DNA from: Nemertoderma westbladi
Taxonomy: Eukaryota > Animalia > Xenacoelomorpha
Reading direction: 5' to 3'
Length of the DNA stretch: 64,000 bases
NCBI GenBank assembly: GCA_032718475.1
Contig: JAUCBJ010007331.1
Location: 1-64,000 of the forward strand
The position numbers were made by a program, and so were the translations under genes. Under the pieces are notes generated by a model that saw only the letters and a list, made by a program, of their open reading frames with translations, ran no database searches and was not told the origin of the DNA. Shown here piece by piece: positions 1 through 13,128 of this stretch (the first letter of the stretch is position 1; each line of letters opens with the position of its first letter).

Positions 1-54
1 TGTAGCAATCATAATAATAATCAGATTACACATCTTTACTTTAGGAAACATAAA

Positions 55-220
55 TAGGTACAAGACCATACACAACTGTTACATAATAGGTACAAAATGT
101 ACGCAACTTGGTACATAGTAGGTGTAAAAGGTACACAACTTGGTACATAATAAGTACAAAAGGTACACAACTTGGTACAATGGGTACAAAAGTTACACAA
201 CTTGGTACATTGTAGGTACA
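55..220. repeat. Degenerate ~33-bp tandem repeat
   Basis: Recurring AAAAGGTACACAACTTGGTACA core at about 33-bp spacing, 4-5 copies. Confidence 0.75.
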
Positions 221-1487
221 AAACGGCGCCCGGGATACAATGGTGTACCCGGAAAGAAGATGCGCAGATAAACGGATAAATTCGGCGAAAATAAACATAA
301 TTTCAGCATTCTTTAAAGATACCGACAGACCACAGACTGCGGGAATACAGGAATAACGGGAGTTTGCGTAAATTAGCGGGAATCTCGAACTGTCGAAAGC
401 TTTCCCGAGATCACTTCCGTTTTTACTGTACCGGTACCCAATTGTGCCCACATCCAGATCGATCCGATAACCGATCACGTCGCCTAGTCCATATGGTTGT
501 CCATAGTCGTCAAAATGCCGCCCGAAACACTTCTTACCGTTTCCTCCGAAGCCAAAACTATTTTTATCAGTCCCGATATCGAGTGTCGCGCTTCCGGTGC
601 TCCAACTAACCCGGCATGGGCCCTCGCACCTCGTCCTTTACCGTCGCCTCGTAATAGCTGAATAGTAACGAAACGACCGGATCCGACTATTCCTTTAGTC
701 GTCCGGGTACCGTGCCAACTCCTCTGGCCACGCGCATGACACAGCAACCGTCCGGGGAGATGGCCAACTGGTCACCTCTATCGCTCTATCGAATGAGTTC
801 AACTGAAATTTCGTAGGCCTAGTTCTTCCCCCCGATTTCCCATCGAGTTTTCCATCTCGGAGTTTGTACCGTAGAGTTTCATGGACCAGCTGTAGTATCG
901 GGATACAGAATGCCCCGGTCTTCCCGCTTCCGCCGCCATCAGCACAGTCTCCACCGCCCAGGATCAGAGCTGCAGAGGGACAGCCTCACCCTGCAAGTTG
1001 GTCGGTAGACTCCATTCCAGGACATCCAACAGTCCAACGCGCGTCCGATTTCCTTCTGAACACCACAGTCAGCTACAGAGCTACGAATGATCCCATACTG
1101 TGTACTGCAGTACTGCCATACCTGCATACTGCAGTACTGCCATGCCATCATACAATAGCCTAATGCAATAGGCCAATACAGCAATAGTCATACAACCAGA
1201 CTGCGTTCAGTGTTAGGCAAAACAGAAGTAGGCCTAGCCTAAGCAGCTAGGCTTGTACAGTCTGCAGTCTGACAGTTGTAGCTACAATAATTGCCGAAAT
1301 GCATCGGATCGGATCGGATCGGACGGCATCTGACTATAAATGCACCCTAGCAGGATTCTCGATTCAGGGATTGAGTACAGCCTGACAGTACCGGTACACA
1401 TGGTACATGCAGAATTGCAAAATTTGTCAGAAAACCAGCTGATTTATCCTACAGTAATAATAATTTAACGCATTTTAAATTTGGATA

Positions 1488-1752
1488 AATAAATTTATTA
1501 TAACTGCAATAACAGTTACACTGATGCTGCACGAAGGCCCCACGCAAATTCTACTTGGAAAATTTTCAAACTTTTGCCAAACAACATGTGTACCAAGTTT
1601 GGATAGATTTCATCAAGGATTGGCCGAGTTATTAACGTTTAAAATAAAATACTGAAAAAAAAACGCGACAGAACGACAGAACGACAGAACGACAGGTTGA
1701 TTAATGGTACCACTACGCTAAGGCTCACTCACTTCGTGGCTCGCCCCACAAA
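1488..1752. mobile_element. Short interspersed element, possibly Helitron/Helentron-associated (DINE-like); copy 1
   Basis: Homologous to 30732-30975. Contains a (GACAGAAC)n microsatellite followed by a GC-rich terminal motif GCTCACTCACTTCGTGGCTCGCCCC. Class assignment is inferred from this layout only. Confidence 0.5.
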
Positions 1753-3198
1753 CAGCGATATGGCTGAAGGTTTAGATTTCGGTCTATTGCCTACACTCAG
1801 ACATACCATTAGCAGATTAGGCCACCTGGCCCGCCTGTATGTACGTACACGGCTGCCCCAATCTGCCAATGGAGCAGTAGGGTGGCCCAAATTTTTTTTA
1901 TAATAATCTACTTTATAATAGTTAATTAATTAATAACAATTACGGTAATGATATTTAACACACGTGAACAATACCCAATCCACACGCTTTCAACCTGGAA
2001 ACTCTTAATAATACCGAGCTCACTGTCAAGAAAGTAATATTGCTGTTTTTATATACCATGATTTTGGGTAAAATAAAACAACATCAGGGTAATAAAAACT
2101 TTCGTAATTTGATTAAAACTTTATTATAGTAATTCATTGTCATTAAGCCCATAAGTCATAAATTATTTTAACTGATTTTGGCCTGGCCCTGTCGCAATTT
2201 ATTTGATTGTCATTTATACCAGTGGGCAATTTTACAAAAATTTTGATGTTTTGATCATTGGGAGTCTCCCCCCCCCCCCCCCCCCCCCCCCCCGAGTACT
2301 GGAGTTTCCTCTGGGGAGTATTGTTCTGGGGGGAATGTACAGGAAGTAATTTGTAAGACTTTGTAGGCGTTCCTTGACCTAACTGCCGAAGAAAACTTTA
2401 CTTTTTTTACTTCGTGTGTAGGCCTATTTGTTGTTATAGCATTGAGATCAAGCGGTATGTCCTAATAGACGAATCAGATTTAGAGTTTGAACCATTTTAC
2501 TTTGGTGAATACTTTTTAGTTTTAGAAATGCTTCTAAACGTGTCATTAAAATTTAGAATTGTGATTTTTATTTATATATTTCACTAACAGATTTAGAAAA
2601 AAAACTTTGGTACAGCCTATGACCCCGTAAGATTTTTTTAGTTGACGGAGCTACCGCACGGTGATGTTTTTGAACAGATATGGGACATTCAAAAAAATTT
2701 GGTATTAAAAAAAACTCCACTAAAAGTTTGCGCTGGTTTTTTAGAGGGTCTTACATACTGCAACTAAGAAAACTGCCATAGCAACGCAGCTCTTATATTA
2801 TATATGACGAGTTAAAATTGATAGCAGATTAATCGGTTGGATTTTAAGAATTTAATGGAGTATAAATCGTGGAGTTATATGGGTCTCCTTGGTTGGTTAA
2901 GGTTATATGTGATGTCCTGATGTACCTGACAGTATTAGTATATTACCGGTATTATCTGGTTTGTTTCGGGGACCTTTACCTTTGTACAGCACATTGCATA
3001 GACATTATTTCCACTTTGATACAATTCAAGTTGACGTCATGAATCATAAATTAAATAGTGTTACCCAAAAGTAAAGTGTTAATTGGTGAGCGGCTAATAG
3101 TAATTCAAATGGGACGTTATCGGATCCTCCGGATTTCTGGTTCGGTATCTTCCTGAACCCCTCCACTACTTCCCCAACATCTGTTGCTCCACATTTAT

Positions 3199-6100
3199 TG
3201 CACCAATGGCACTGGGCAAGGAGGTTCGGATCCACGTTTACGGCACCAATGGCGCTGGGCAAGGAGGTTCCGATCCACGTTTGCGGCACCAATGGCACTG
3301 GGCAAGGAGGTTCCGATCCACGTTTACAGCACTAATGGCACTGGGCAAGGGGGTTCGGATCCACGTTTACGGCACCAATGGCACTGGTCAAGGAGGTTCG
3401 GATCCACGTTTACAGCACTAATGGCACTGGGCAAGGGGGTTCGGATCCACGTTTACGGCACCAATGGCACTGGGCAAGGGGATTCGGATCCACGTTTACA
3501 GCACTAATGGCACTGGGCAAGGAGGTTCGGATCCACGTTTACAGCACTAATGGCACTGGGCAAGGGGGTTCGGATCCACGTTTACGGCACCAATGCCACT
3601 GGGCAAGGGGATTCGGATCCACGTTTACAGCACTAATGGCACTGGGCAAGGAGGTTCGGATCCACGTTTGCGGCACCAATGGCACTGGGCAAGGAGGTTC
3701 CGATCCACGTTTACGGCACCAATGGCACTGGGCAAGGAGGTTCGGATTCACGTTTGCGGCACCAATGGCACTGGGCAAGGAGGTTCCGATCCACGTTTAC
3801 AGCACCAATGGCACTGGGCAAGGAGGTTCGGATCCACGTTTGCGGCACCAATGGCACTGGGCAAGGAGGTTCGGATCCACGTTTGCGGCACCAATGGCAC
3901 TGGGCAAGGAGGTTCGGATCCACGTTTGCGGCACCAATGGCACTGGGCAAGGAGGTTCCGATCCACGTTTACGGCACCAATGGCACTGGGCAAGGAGGTT
4001 CGGATCCACGTTTGCGGCACCAATGGCACTGGGCAAGGAGGTTCCGATCCACGTTTACAGCACCAATGGCACTGGGCAAGGAGGTTCGGATCCACGTTTG
4101 CGGCACCAATGGCACTGGGCAAGGAGGTTCCGATCCACGTTTACGGCACCAATGGCACTGGGCAAGGAGGTTCGGATCCACGTTTGCGGCACCAATGGCA
4201 CTGGGCAAGGAGGTTCCGATCCACGTTTACAGCACCAATGGCACTGGGCAAGGAGGTTCCGATCCACGTTTACAGCACCAATGGCACTGGGCAAGGAGGT
4301 TCGGATCCACGTTTGCGGCACCAATGGCACTGGGCAAGGAGGTTCGGCTCCACGTTTACAGCACCAATGGCGCTGGACAATGGGATTCGGATCCACGTTT
4401 ACGGCACCAATGGCACTGGGCAAGGAGGTTCGGATCCACGTTTGCGGCACCAATGGCACTGGGCAAGGAGGTTCGGCTCCACGTTTACAGCACCAATGGC
4501 GCTGGACAATGGGATTCGGATCCACGTTTACGGCACCAATGGCATTGGGCAAGGAGGTTCGGCTCCACGTTTGCGGCACCAATGGCGCTGGGCAAGGAGG
4601 TTCGGCTCCACGTTTACGGCACCAATGGCACTGGACAGGGGGTTCGGATCCACGTTTACAGCACCAATGGCACTGGACAAGGGGGTTCGGATCCACGTTT
4701 ACGGCACCAATGGCACTGGACAGGGGGATTCGGATCCACGTTTACAGCACCAATGGCACTGGGCAAGGAGGTTCGGATCTACGGTTGCGGCACCAATGGC
4801 GCTGGACAGGGGGATTCGGATCCACGTTTACAGCACCAATGGCACTGGACAAGGAGGTTCGGATCCACGTTTGCGGCACCAATGGCGCTGGGCAAGAAGG
4901 TTCGGCTCCACGTTTACGGCACCAATGGCACTGGACAGGGGGTTCGGATCCACGTTTACAGCACCAATGGCACTGGACAAGGGGGTTCGGATCCACGTTT
5001 ACGGCACCAATGGCACTGGACACGGGGATTCGGATCCACGTTTACAGCACCAATGGCACTGGGCAAGGAGGTTCGGATCTACGGTTGCGGCACCAATGGC
5101 GCTGGACAGGGGGATTCGGATCCACGTTTACAGCACCAATGGCACTGGACAAGGAGGTTCGGATCTACGGTTGCGGCACCAATGGCGCTGGACAGGGGGA
5201 TTCGGATCCACGTTTACAGCACCAATGGCACTGGACAAGGAGGTTCGGATCCACGTTTACGGCACCAATGGCACTGGACAAGGAGGTTCGGATCCACGTT
5301 TACGGCACCAATGGCACTGGACAGGGGGTTCGGATCCACGTTTACAGCACCAATGGCACTGGACAAGGGGGTTCGGATCCACGTTTACGGCACCAATGGC
5401 GCTGGACAGGGGGATTCGGATCCACGTTTACAGCACCAATGGCACTGGGCAAGGAGGTTCGGATCTACGGTTGCGGCACCAATGGCACTGGACAAGGAGG
5501 TTCGGATCCACGTTTACGGCACCAATGGCACTGGACAGGGGGATTCGGATCCACGTTTACCGCTCCAATGGCACTGGACAGGGGGTTCGGATCCACGTTT
5601 ACGGCACCAATGGCACTGGACTGGGGGTTCGGATCCACGTTTACGGCACCAATGGCACTGGACAGGGGGATTCGGATCCACGTTTACAGCACCAATGGCA
5701 CTGGGCAAGGAGGTTCGGATCTACGGTTGCGGCACCAATGGCGCTGGACAGGGGGATTCGGATCCACGTTTACAGCACCAATGGCACTGGACAAGGAGGT
5801 TCGGATCTACGGTTGCGGCACCAATGGCGCTGGACAGGGGGATTCGGATCCACGTTTACAGCACCAATGGCACTGGACAAGGAGGTTCGGATCCACGTTT
5901 ACGGCACCAATGGCACTGGACAGGGGGATTCGGATCCACGTTTACAGCACCAATGGCACTGGGCAAGGAGGTTCGGATCTACGGTTGCGGCACCAATGGC
6001 GCTGGACAGGGGGATTCGGATCCACGTTTACAGCACCAATGGCACTGGACAAGGAGGTTCGGATCCACGTTTACGGCACCAATGGCACTGGACAAGGAGG

Positions 6101-7828
6101 TTCGGATCCACGTTTACGGCACCAATGGCGCTGGACAGGGGGATTCGGATCCACGTTTACAGCACCAATGGCACTGGACAAGGAGGTTCGGATCCACGTT
6201 TACGGCACCAATGGCACTGGACAGGGGGTTCGGATCCACGTTTACGGCACCAATGGCACTGGACTGGGGGTTCGGATCCACGTTTACGGCACCAATGGCA
6301 CTGGACAAGGAGGTTCGGATCCACGTTTACGGCACCAATGGCACTGGACAAGGAGGTTCGGATCCACATTTACGGCACCAATGGCACTGGACTGGGGGTT
6401 CGGATCCACGTTTACGGCACCAATGGCACTGGACAAGGAGGTTCGGATCCACGTTTACGCCACCAATGGCACTGGACAGGGGGTTCGGATCCACGTTTAC
6501 GGCACCAATGGCACTGGACTGGGGGTTCGGATCCACGTTTACGGCACCAATGACACTGGACAAGGAGGTTCGGATCCACATTTACGGCACCAATGGCACT
6601 GGGCAGGGGGATTCGGATCCACGTTTACAGCACCAATGGCACTGGACAAGGAGGTTCGGATCCACGTTTACGGCACCAATGGCACTGGACAGGGGGTTCG
6701 GATCCACGTTTACGGCACCAATGGCACTGGACAGGGGGTTCGGATCCACGTTTACGGCACCAATGGCACTGGACTGGGGGTTCGGATCCACGTTTACGGC
6801 ACCAATGGCACTGGACTGGGGGTTCGGATCCACGTTTACGGCACCAATGGCACTGGACAAGGAGGTTCGGCTCCACGTTTACAGCACCAATGGCACTGGA
6901 AAAGGGGGTTCGGCTCCACGTTTACAGCACCAATGGCACTGGACAAGGGGGTTCGGATCCACGTTTACGGCACCAATGGCACTGGACAGGGGGTTCGGAT
7001 CCACGTTTACGGCACCAATGGCACTGGACAGGGGGTTCGGATCCACGTTTACGGCACCAATGGCACTGGACTGGGGGTTCGGATCCACGTTTACGGCACC
7101 AATGGCACTGGACAAGGGGGTTCGGATCCACGTTTACGGCACCAATGGCACTGGACAGGGGGGTTCGGCTCCACGTTTACAGCACCAATGGCACTGGAAA
7201 AGGGGGTTCGGCTCCACGTTTACAGCACCAATGGCACTGGACAAGGGGGTTCGGATCCACGTTTACGGCACCAATGGCACTGGACAGGGGGTTCGGATCC
7301 ACGTTTACGGCACCAATGGCACTGGACAGGGGGTTCGGATCCACGTTTACGGCACCAATGGCACTGGACTGGGGGTTCGGATCCACGTTTACGGCACCAA
7401 TGGCACTGGACAAGGGGGTTCGGATCCACGTTTACGGCACCAATGGCACTGGGCAAGGAGGTTCCGATCCACGTTTACAGCACCAATGGCACTGGGCAAG
7501 GAGGTTCGGATCCACGTTTGCGGCACCAATGGCACTGGGCAAGGGGGTTCCGATCCACGTTTACAGCACTAATGGCACTGGGCAAGGAGGTTCGGATCCA
7601 CGTTTACGGCACTAATGGCACTGGGCAAGGAGGTTCCGATCCACGTTTACAGCACCAATGGCACTGGGCAAGGAGGTTCGGATCCACGTTTACGGCACCA
7701 ATGGCACTGGGCAAGGAGGTTCCGATCCACGTTTACAGCACCAATGGCACTGGACAGGGGGATTCGGATCCACGTTTACAGCACCAATGGCACTGGACAA
7801 GGAGGTTCGGATCCACTTTACGGCACCA
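3199..7828. repeat. 43-bp (some 42-bp) satellite array, ~4.6 kb, roughly 108 units
   Basis: Unit GCACCAATGGCACTGGGCAAGGAGGTTCGGATCCACGTTTACG repeated head to tail with no unique spacers. Confidence 0.97.
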
Positions 7829-8011
7829 TTCGTATGGCTCCGATTCTGTATTTTATCTGCTGTACGATTTTGTATGATCGTTTCGAGTCACAGGAGGGAG
7901 TTGGGGGTGGGTGGAATCTTCTCTACACCTGTGGTGAAGCAATTATTAATTCATGACATCGTTTATAACATTCCGAGTCAAACCAGGTTCTAAATTTCCT
8001 GAATGGTTAGT

Positions 8012-8481
8012 GATAGTGTGGTAGTAGTTGATAATGGTGTGGAGGGAGTTTATTGTCTTTTAACTTTGATCTGAGACAATTGTTTTGGTTGTATTCTGTT
8101 GAGCAATGCTATCATCCTTGCAAAACCATTTTCTATTAAGTAAACAAAACCGAGATTTATATTTGTTCCCATAAGTGGAGTTTGTGTCGTTATATAAACG
8201 TGTCCGCTATCATCTACAATAATTGCATGCGGAATTCCTGGGAGTTTTTCATCTGTAATTATCACCTCACCATTACTGCCATTGAGATCGAATCTTTCAA
8301 TTCGTTTCGTTATGGAATAACTCTCCAATAAATATATCATATTTGTTGTTACATCCAGAGCTAAACCGTTAGGCCACTTTAAATCTTTTTCTATAAGTTT
8401 AACTGGATCTGTTCCTCCACCCATACTCCCTCTCATTACAGCCGGACTTGTTCCGTAATCAGTCCAATACACGAATCCCTG
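8012..8481 (-). pseudogene. Partial YWTD propeller gene fragment (C-terminal half of propeller plus start of stalk), copy 1
   Basis: QGFVYWTDYG...KQLSQIKVKRQ is near-identical to 34850-35285. It has no signal peptide, N-terminal blades or TM, and a stop at the stalk start. Confidence 0.9.
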
Positions 8482-8637
8482 CATACGGTATACCATTTAT
8501 AATTCTTATTTAAACGTGGCAAGACCCTCACCATCCAAGGATCATCAAGTCCCTTATTGTCTCCATGCTCGGAGTCCCCACAACCTTAATGAATATGCCA
8601 CGCTCGAAGTCTTTTAGAAACGTTAAATACTTAAACC

Positions 8638-8945
8638 ACAATTATGAACAAGAATGGTCTACTATGATGGGATAAATGAGCTCCAAACACTCAGGTTTTT
8701 TAAAGACCTCAAGGGGAACACCATCTACTCCACTGGCACGATTGGTATTAATTCTCTTTGCAGCGGCCTTTACTTCAGTAAAGGATATATCGCCAATGGG
8801 AATATCTGGGAGTACAGACTCAGACACTTTTACTTCTATAAAGTTTCAGGGAATTCCATATCATTATTGAGGAGCTTTTCAAAGTGGGCTTTCCAACCAT
8901 TGAGGCCATCGGCTGGTGATTCTGCCTTAACCTTGGTGGTTGGTT
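8638..8945 (-). mobile_element. RTE LINE internal fragments (family A)
   Basis: Matches 42091-42111 joined to 42589-42878 of the long RTE copy; encodes ...RASGVDGVP.EVFK... Confidence 0.9.
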
Positions 8946-8949
8946 ATAG

Positions 8950-9270
8950 CCGGTCGTCCATGGCTACGCTTTCCTTGTGTTGGTTGTCAGAAAAGTAGAT
9001 CTGGAATGACCTTATATTTACTTCTCCAGCAGTGCCCACGGAATGTTAATCTGCATTCACGGAGGGTGGTTGATACAGGTGGTATAGTACCATAGAGCTC
9101 GGCGTTTGTCATTTGTTGTCTCCAGCTGATGTTTAGGGCCGCCCTTAGTAGTCTTGTGTAGCAACAATCAATTCGGTGTTCAAGTGATTTCGTTAGTGTC
9201 CAGGTCTCACCCCCGTACAAAAGTACACTTTCCACTGTGGCTCGAAAGAACTTTGCTTTCCTAACGTTGA
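8950..9270 (-). mobile_element. RTE LINE 3' ORF fragment (family B)
   Basis: FFRATVESVLLYGGETWTLTKSLEHRIDCCYTRLLRAALNISW...GHCWR, typical of the RTE post-RT region and distinct from family A. Confidence 0.85.
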
Positions 9271-9361
9271 AGTCTTTTTTGCTGATCTGGCAGAGAAGAG
9301 CAGTTTGACCTTTGGATCTGCCTTTGGATCCTTTTGTCAAGTTCTTGACACGATTTTTCAG

Positions 9362-10025
9362 ATAGGTATGTAACTGAGTCATTCGTATTAAAACCTTTCC
9401 TGAAACCAAATTAATGGGGATTATGTAAATTATGTTTGTCAATATATGAATTTATTTGTATAACTAAAAGCTTTTCAAATATTTTTGAAACAGGATGTGT
9501 AACTGATATAGGACGGTAGTTTGTGGGGTCGTGATTCTTTTAGTTTTGAAGGAAAGATTGATTTAGTAATCAGAATTAACAAATATTTGTTAAGGGGTTT
9601 GAATTTTGTATATCAATAAGCTTGTAGATGCGTAGCGGGGAACAGATGGTTTGTTTTCTTTTAATTGTTGGATTACCTTATTTAGTTCTAGAATAGTAAT
9701 GCAGCGAAAGGAGAATTTTTCAGAAACATGTTGTGTTGCTGCTGATTGCGCATGAAAAATTATTTGATAGTGAATTTTCCTATATTTCGATAATATGTCT
9801 CGTTGAATGCCTTAGCTACGTACTGTTTGTCAGAGATAAGTATAACGTTGTATTTCAAGGTGATTGGCGTTTGACTGTCATTACGCTTATTTAAAATACT
9901 GTTTATTAATTTACAACGTGCTTCAGTGTTATTAATAATATTAAATTTGGTTTTAATGTATTCAGTTTTTAGTCGTTTGTTTAGATTATTATATTGATTT
10001 CTCGCTTGTTTGAATTTTGTGTAGT
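9362..10025 (-). mobile_element. Degenerate CR1/L2-group LINE ORF2 fragment
   Basis: Manual translation gives FKQARNQYNNL...VAKAFN and DPTNYRPISVTHPVSKIFEKLL...*FGFRKGFNT, with stops and frameshifts. Confidence 0.8.
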
Positions 10026-10027
10026 TT

Positions 10028-10505
10028 ATTTCAGTTTTATTTCCGCTTTATTTTCGTTTGATTTCCGTTTAATTTCCGTTTAATTTCCGTTTAATTTCCG
10101 TTTTATTTCCGTTTTATTTCCGTTTTATTTCCGTTTTATTTCCGTTTTATTTCCGTTTTATTTCCGTTTTATTTCCGTTTTATTTCCGTTTTATTTCCGT
10201 TTTATTTTCGTTTGATTTCCGTTTAATTTCCGTTTTATTTTCGTTTGATTTCCGTTTAATTTCCGTTTAATTTCCGTTTAATTTCCGTTTAATTTCCGTT
10301 TTATTTCCGTTTTATTTCCGTTTTATTTCCGTTTTATTTCCGTTTTATTTCCGTTTTATTTCCGTTTTATTTTCGTTTGATTTCCGTTTAATTTCCGTTT
10401 TATTTCCGTTTTATTTCCGTTTTATTTCCGTTTTATTTCCGTTTTATTTCCGTTTTATTTCCGTTTTATTTCCGTTTTATTTCCGTTTTATTTTCGTTTT
10501 ATTTT
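10028..10505. repeat. 11-bp minisatellite (TTTCCGTTTTA)n, copy 1
   Basis: Direct reading, about 43 units. Confidence 0.95.
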
Positions 10506-11070
10506 TCGCCATTTCTGGAGCTTGGTATATTTATCTTTGTTTATGCTGTATTTTCTAGTTCTTGGGTTGCTTTATGTTCAGTTTTTAACATACTTTTAAT
10601 TGGGGCATGTTTGTTCAGTATGCGTTCCTACATTTCTGTCAAAATAATCAAGTTTTAAGTTGATTTCATGATTTCAAAGCAAATTTCATTTTACAAACTT
10701 TGCGAGTTGAAAGTCCGAGGTTAATCAATCGTAGTCTGACAGGAATTCAGATATTCAAAGAACAGGTCTACAGTAGTTCCTCCTCCCCTTGCCCCCAGAC
10801 AGTCCATCCGTCGTCATAGAATCTGTACCTTATTATGTTTTTATGTCGGTTTTAACACTGAAAGCTAAACAAAACAAAACAGTAATTATCATTAGAACAT
10901 AACAATAATAGAGAAAGGGATAAAGCAAACAAAAAACAGTAAATAATACAGTTACTGTACTTAACCGATACATTTCGGATGCATATAGTGTCTGAAATTG
11001 CCTGAAGAAACTCTAATATATTTTCTGGATCTAGGACACTTCCCCCCCGGACACTTCTGGATAGTAGTTA

Positions 11071-11540
11071 GATAGTGTGGTAGTAGTTGATAATGGTGTG
11101 CTGGGGGTTGATTGTCTTTTAACTTTGATCTGAGATAATTGTTTTGGTTGTATTCTGTTGAGCAATGCTATCATCCTTGCAGAGCCATTTTCTATTAAGT
11201 AAACAAAACCGAGATTTATATTTGTTCCCATAAGTGGAGTTTGTGTCGTTATATAAACGTGTCCGCTATCATCTACAATAATTGCATGCGGAATTCCTGG
11301 GAGTTTTTCATCTGTAATTATCACCTCACCATTATTGCCATTGAGATCGAATCTTTCAATTCGTTTCGTTCTGGAATGACTCTCCAATAAATATATCATA
11401 TTTGTTGTTACATCCAGTGCTAAACCGTTAGGCCACTTTATATCTTTTTCTATAAGTTTAACTGGATCTGTTCCTCCTCCCATACTCCCTCTCATTACAG
11501 CCGGACTTGTTCCGTAATCAGTCCAATACACGAATCCCTG
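11071..11540 (-). pseudogene. Partial YWTD propeller gene fragment, copy 2
   Basis: Same boundaries as 8012-8481. The frame is open but runs into a MULE terminus; no signal peptide or TM. Confidence 0.9.
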
Positions 11541-11737
11541 CATACGGTATACCATTTATAATTCTTATTTACGCATATGCGCATACGGTAAACCATATAT
11601 AATTCTTATTTAAACGTGGCAAGACCCTCACCATCCACGGATCATCAAGTCCCTTATTGTCTCCATGCTCGGAGTCCCCACAACCTTAATGAATATGCCA
11701 CGCTCGAAGTCTTTTAGAAACGTTAAATACTTAAATC

Positions 11738-13126
11738 ACAATTATGAACAAGAATGGTCTACTATGATGGGATAGATGAGCTCCAAACACTCAGGTATTT
11801 TAAAGACCTCAAGGGGAACACCATCTACTCCACTGGCACGATTGGTATTAATTCTCTTTGCAGCGGCCTTTACTTCAGTAAAGGATATATCGCCAATGGG
11901 AATATCTGGGAGTACAGACTCAGACACTTTTACTTCTATAAAGTTTCAGGCAATTCCATATCATTATTGAGGAGCTTTTCAAAGTGGGCTTTCCAACCAT
12001 TGAGGCCATCGGTTGGTGATTCTGCCTTAACCTTGGTGGTTGGTTATAGCCGGTCGTCCATGGCTACGCTTTCCTTGTGTTGATTGTCAGAAAAGTAGAT
12101 CTGGAATGACCTTATATTTACTTCTCCAGCAGTGCCCACGGAATGTTAATCTGCATTCACGGAGGGTGGTTGATACAAGGTGGTATAGTACCATAGAGCT
12201 CGGCGTTTGTTATTTGTTGTCTCCAGCTGATGTTTAGGGCCGCCCTTAGTAGTCTTGTGTAGCAACAATCAATTCGGTGTTCAAGTGATTTCGTTAGTGT
12301 CCAGGTCTCACCCCCGTACAAAAGTACACTTTCCACTGTGGCTCGAAAGAACTTTGCTTTCCTAACGTTGAAGTCTTTTTTGCTGATCTGGCAGAGAAGA
12401 GCAGTTTGACCTTTGGATCTGCCTTTGGATCCTTTTGTCAAGTTCTTGACACGATTTTTCAGATAGGTATGTAACTGAGTCATTCGTATTAAAACCTTTC
12501 CTGAAACCAAATTAATGGGGATTATGTAAATTATGTTTGTCAATATATGAATTTATTTGTATAACTAAAAGCTTTTCAAATATTTTTGAAACAGGATGTG
12601 TAACTGATATAGGACGGTAGTTTGTGGGGTCGTGATTCTTTTAGTTTTGAAGGAAAGATTGATTTAGTAATCAGAATTAACAAATATTTGTTAAGGGGTT
12701 TGAATTTTGTATATCAATAAGCTTGTAGATGCGTAGCGGGGAACAGATGGTTTGTTTTCTTTTAATTGTTGGATTACCTTATTTAGTTCTAGAATAGTAA
12801 TGCAGCGAAAGGAGAATTTTTCAGAAACATGTTGTGTTGCTGCTGATTGCGCATGAAAAATTATTTGATAGTGAATTTTCCTATATTTCGATAATATGTC
12901 TCGTTGAATGCCTTAGCTACGTACTGTTTGTCAGAGATAAGTATAACGTTGTATTTCAAGGTGATTGGCGTTTGACTGTCATTACGCTTATTTAAAATAC
13001 TGTTTATTAATTTACAACGTGCTTCAGTGTTATTAATAATATTAAATTTGGTTTTAATGTATTCAGTTTTTAGTCGTTTCTTTAGATTATTATATTGATT
13101 TCTCGCTTGTTTGAATTTTGTGTAGT
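11738..13126 (-). mobile_element. Duplicated RTE-A, RTE-B and CR1-like LINE fragments
   Basis: Copy of 8638-10025. Confidence 0.85.
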
Positions 13127-13128
13127 TT

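Larger units (their letters stand above)
8012..11056. repeat. Tandem segmental duplication, copy 1 (~3.05 kb)
   Basis: Colinear and near-identical to 11071-14229: YWTD fragment, LINE fragments, 11-bp minisatellite, unique DNA, start of a MULE TIR. Confidence 0.95.

Noticed and set aside
220-1100. CpG-rich block as a promoter or gene start
   Set aside because: ETS-like CCGGAAG motifs are present, but no convincing exon or homology; could be TE-derived.
3199-7828. CRISPR-like array
   Set aside because: Units are contiguous with no unique spacers, there are no cas genes, and the context is eukaryotic. The same applies to 27375-27806 and 54445-59793.
3378-7877. 1499-, 1297- and 986-aa ORFs
   Set aside because: Overlapping in all three frames of a stop-poor 43-bp satellite; 42/43-bp variation scrambles frames; no signal or domain.
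8482-8496. MVYRM start or a splice acceptor making the YWTD fragments functional
   Set aside because: This sequence is non-homologous junction DNA. TATGCAG lacks a pyrimidine tract, and the product would be half a propeller with no signal or TM.
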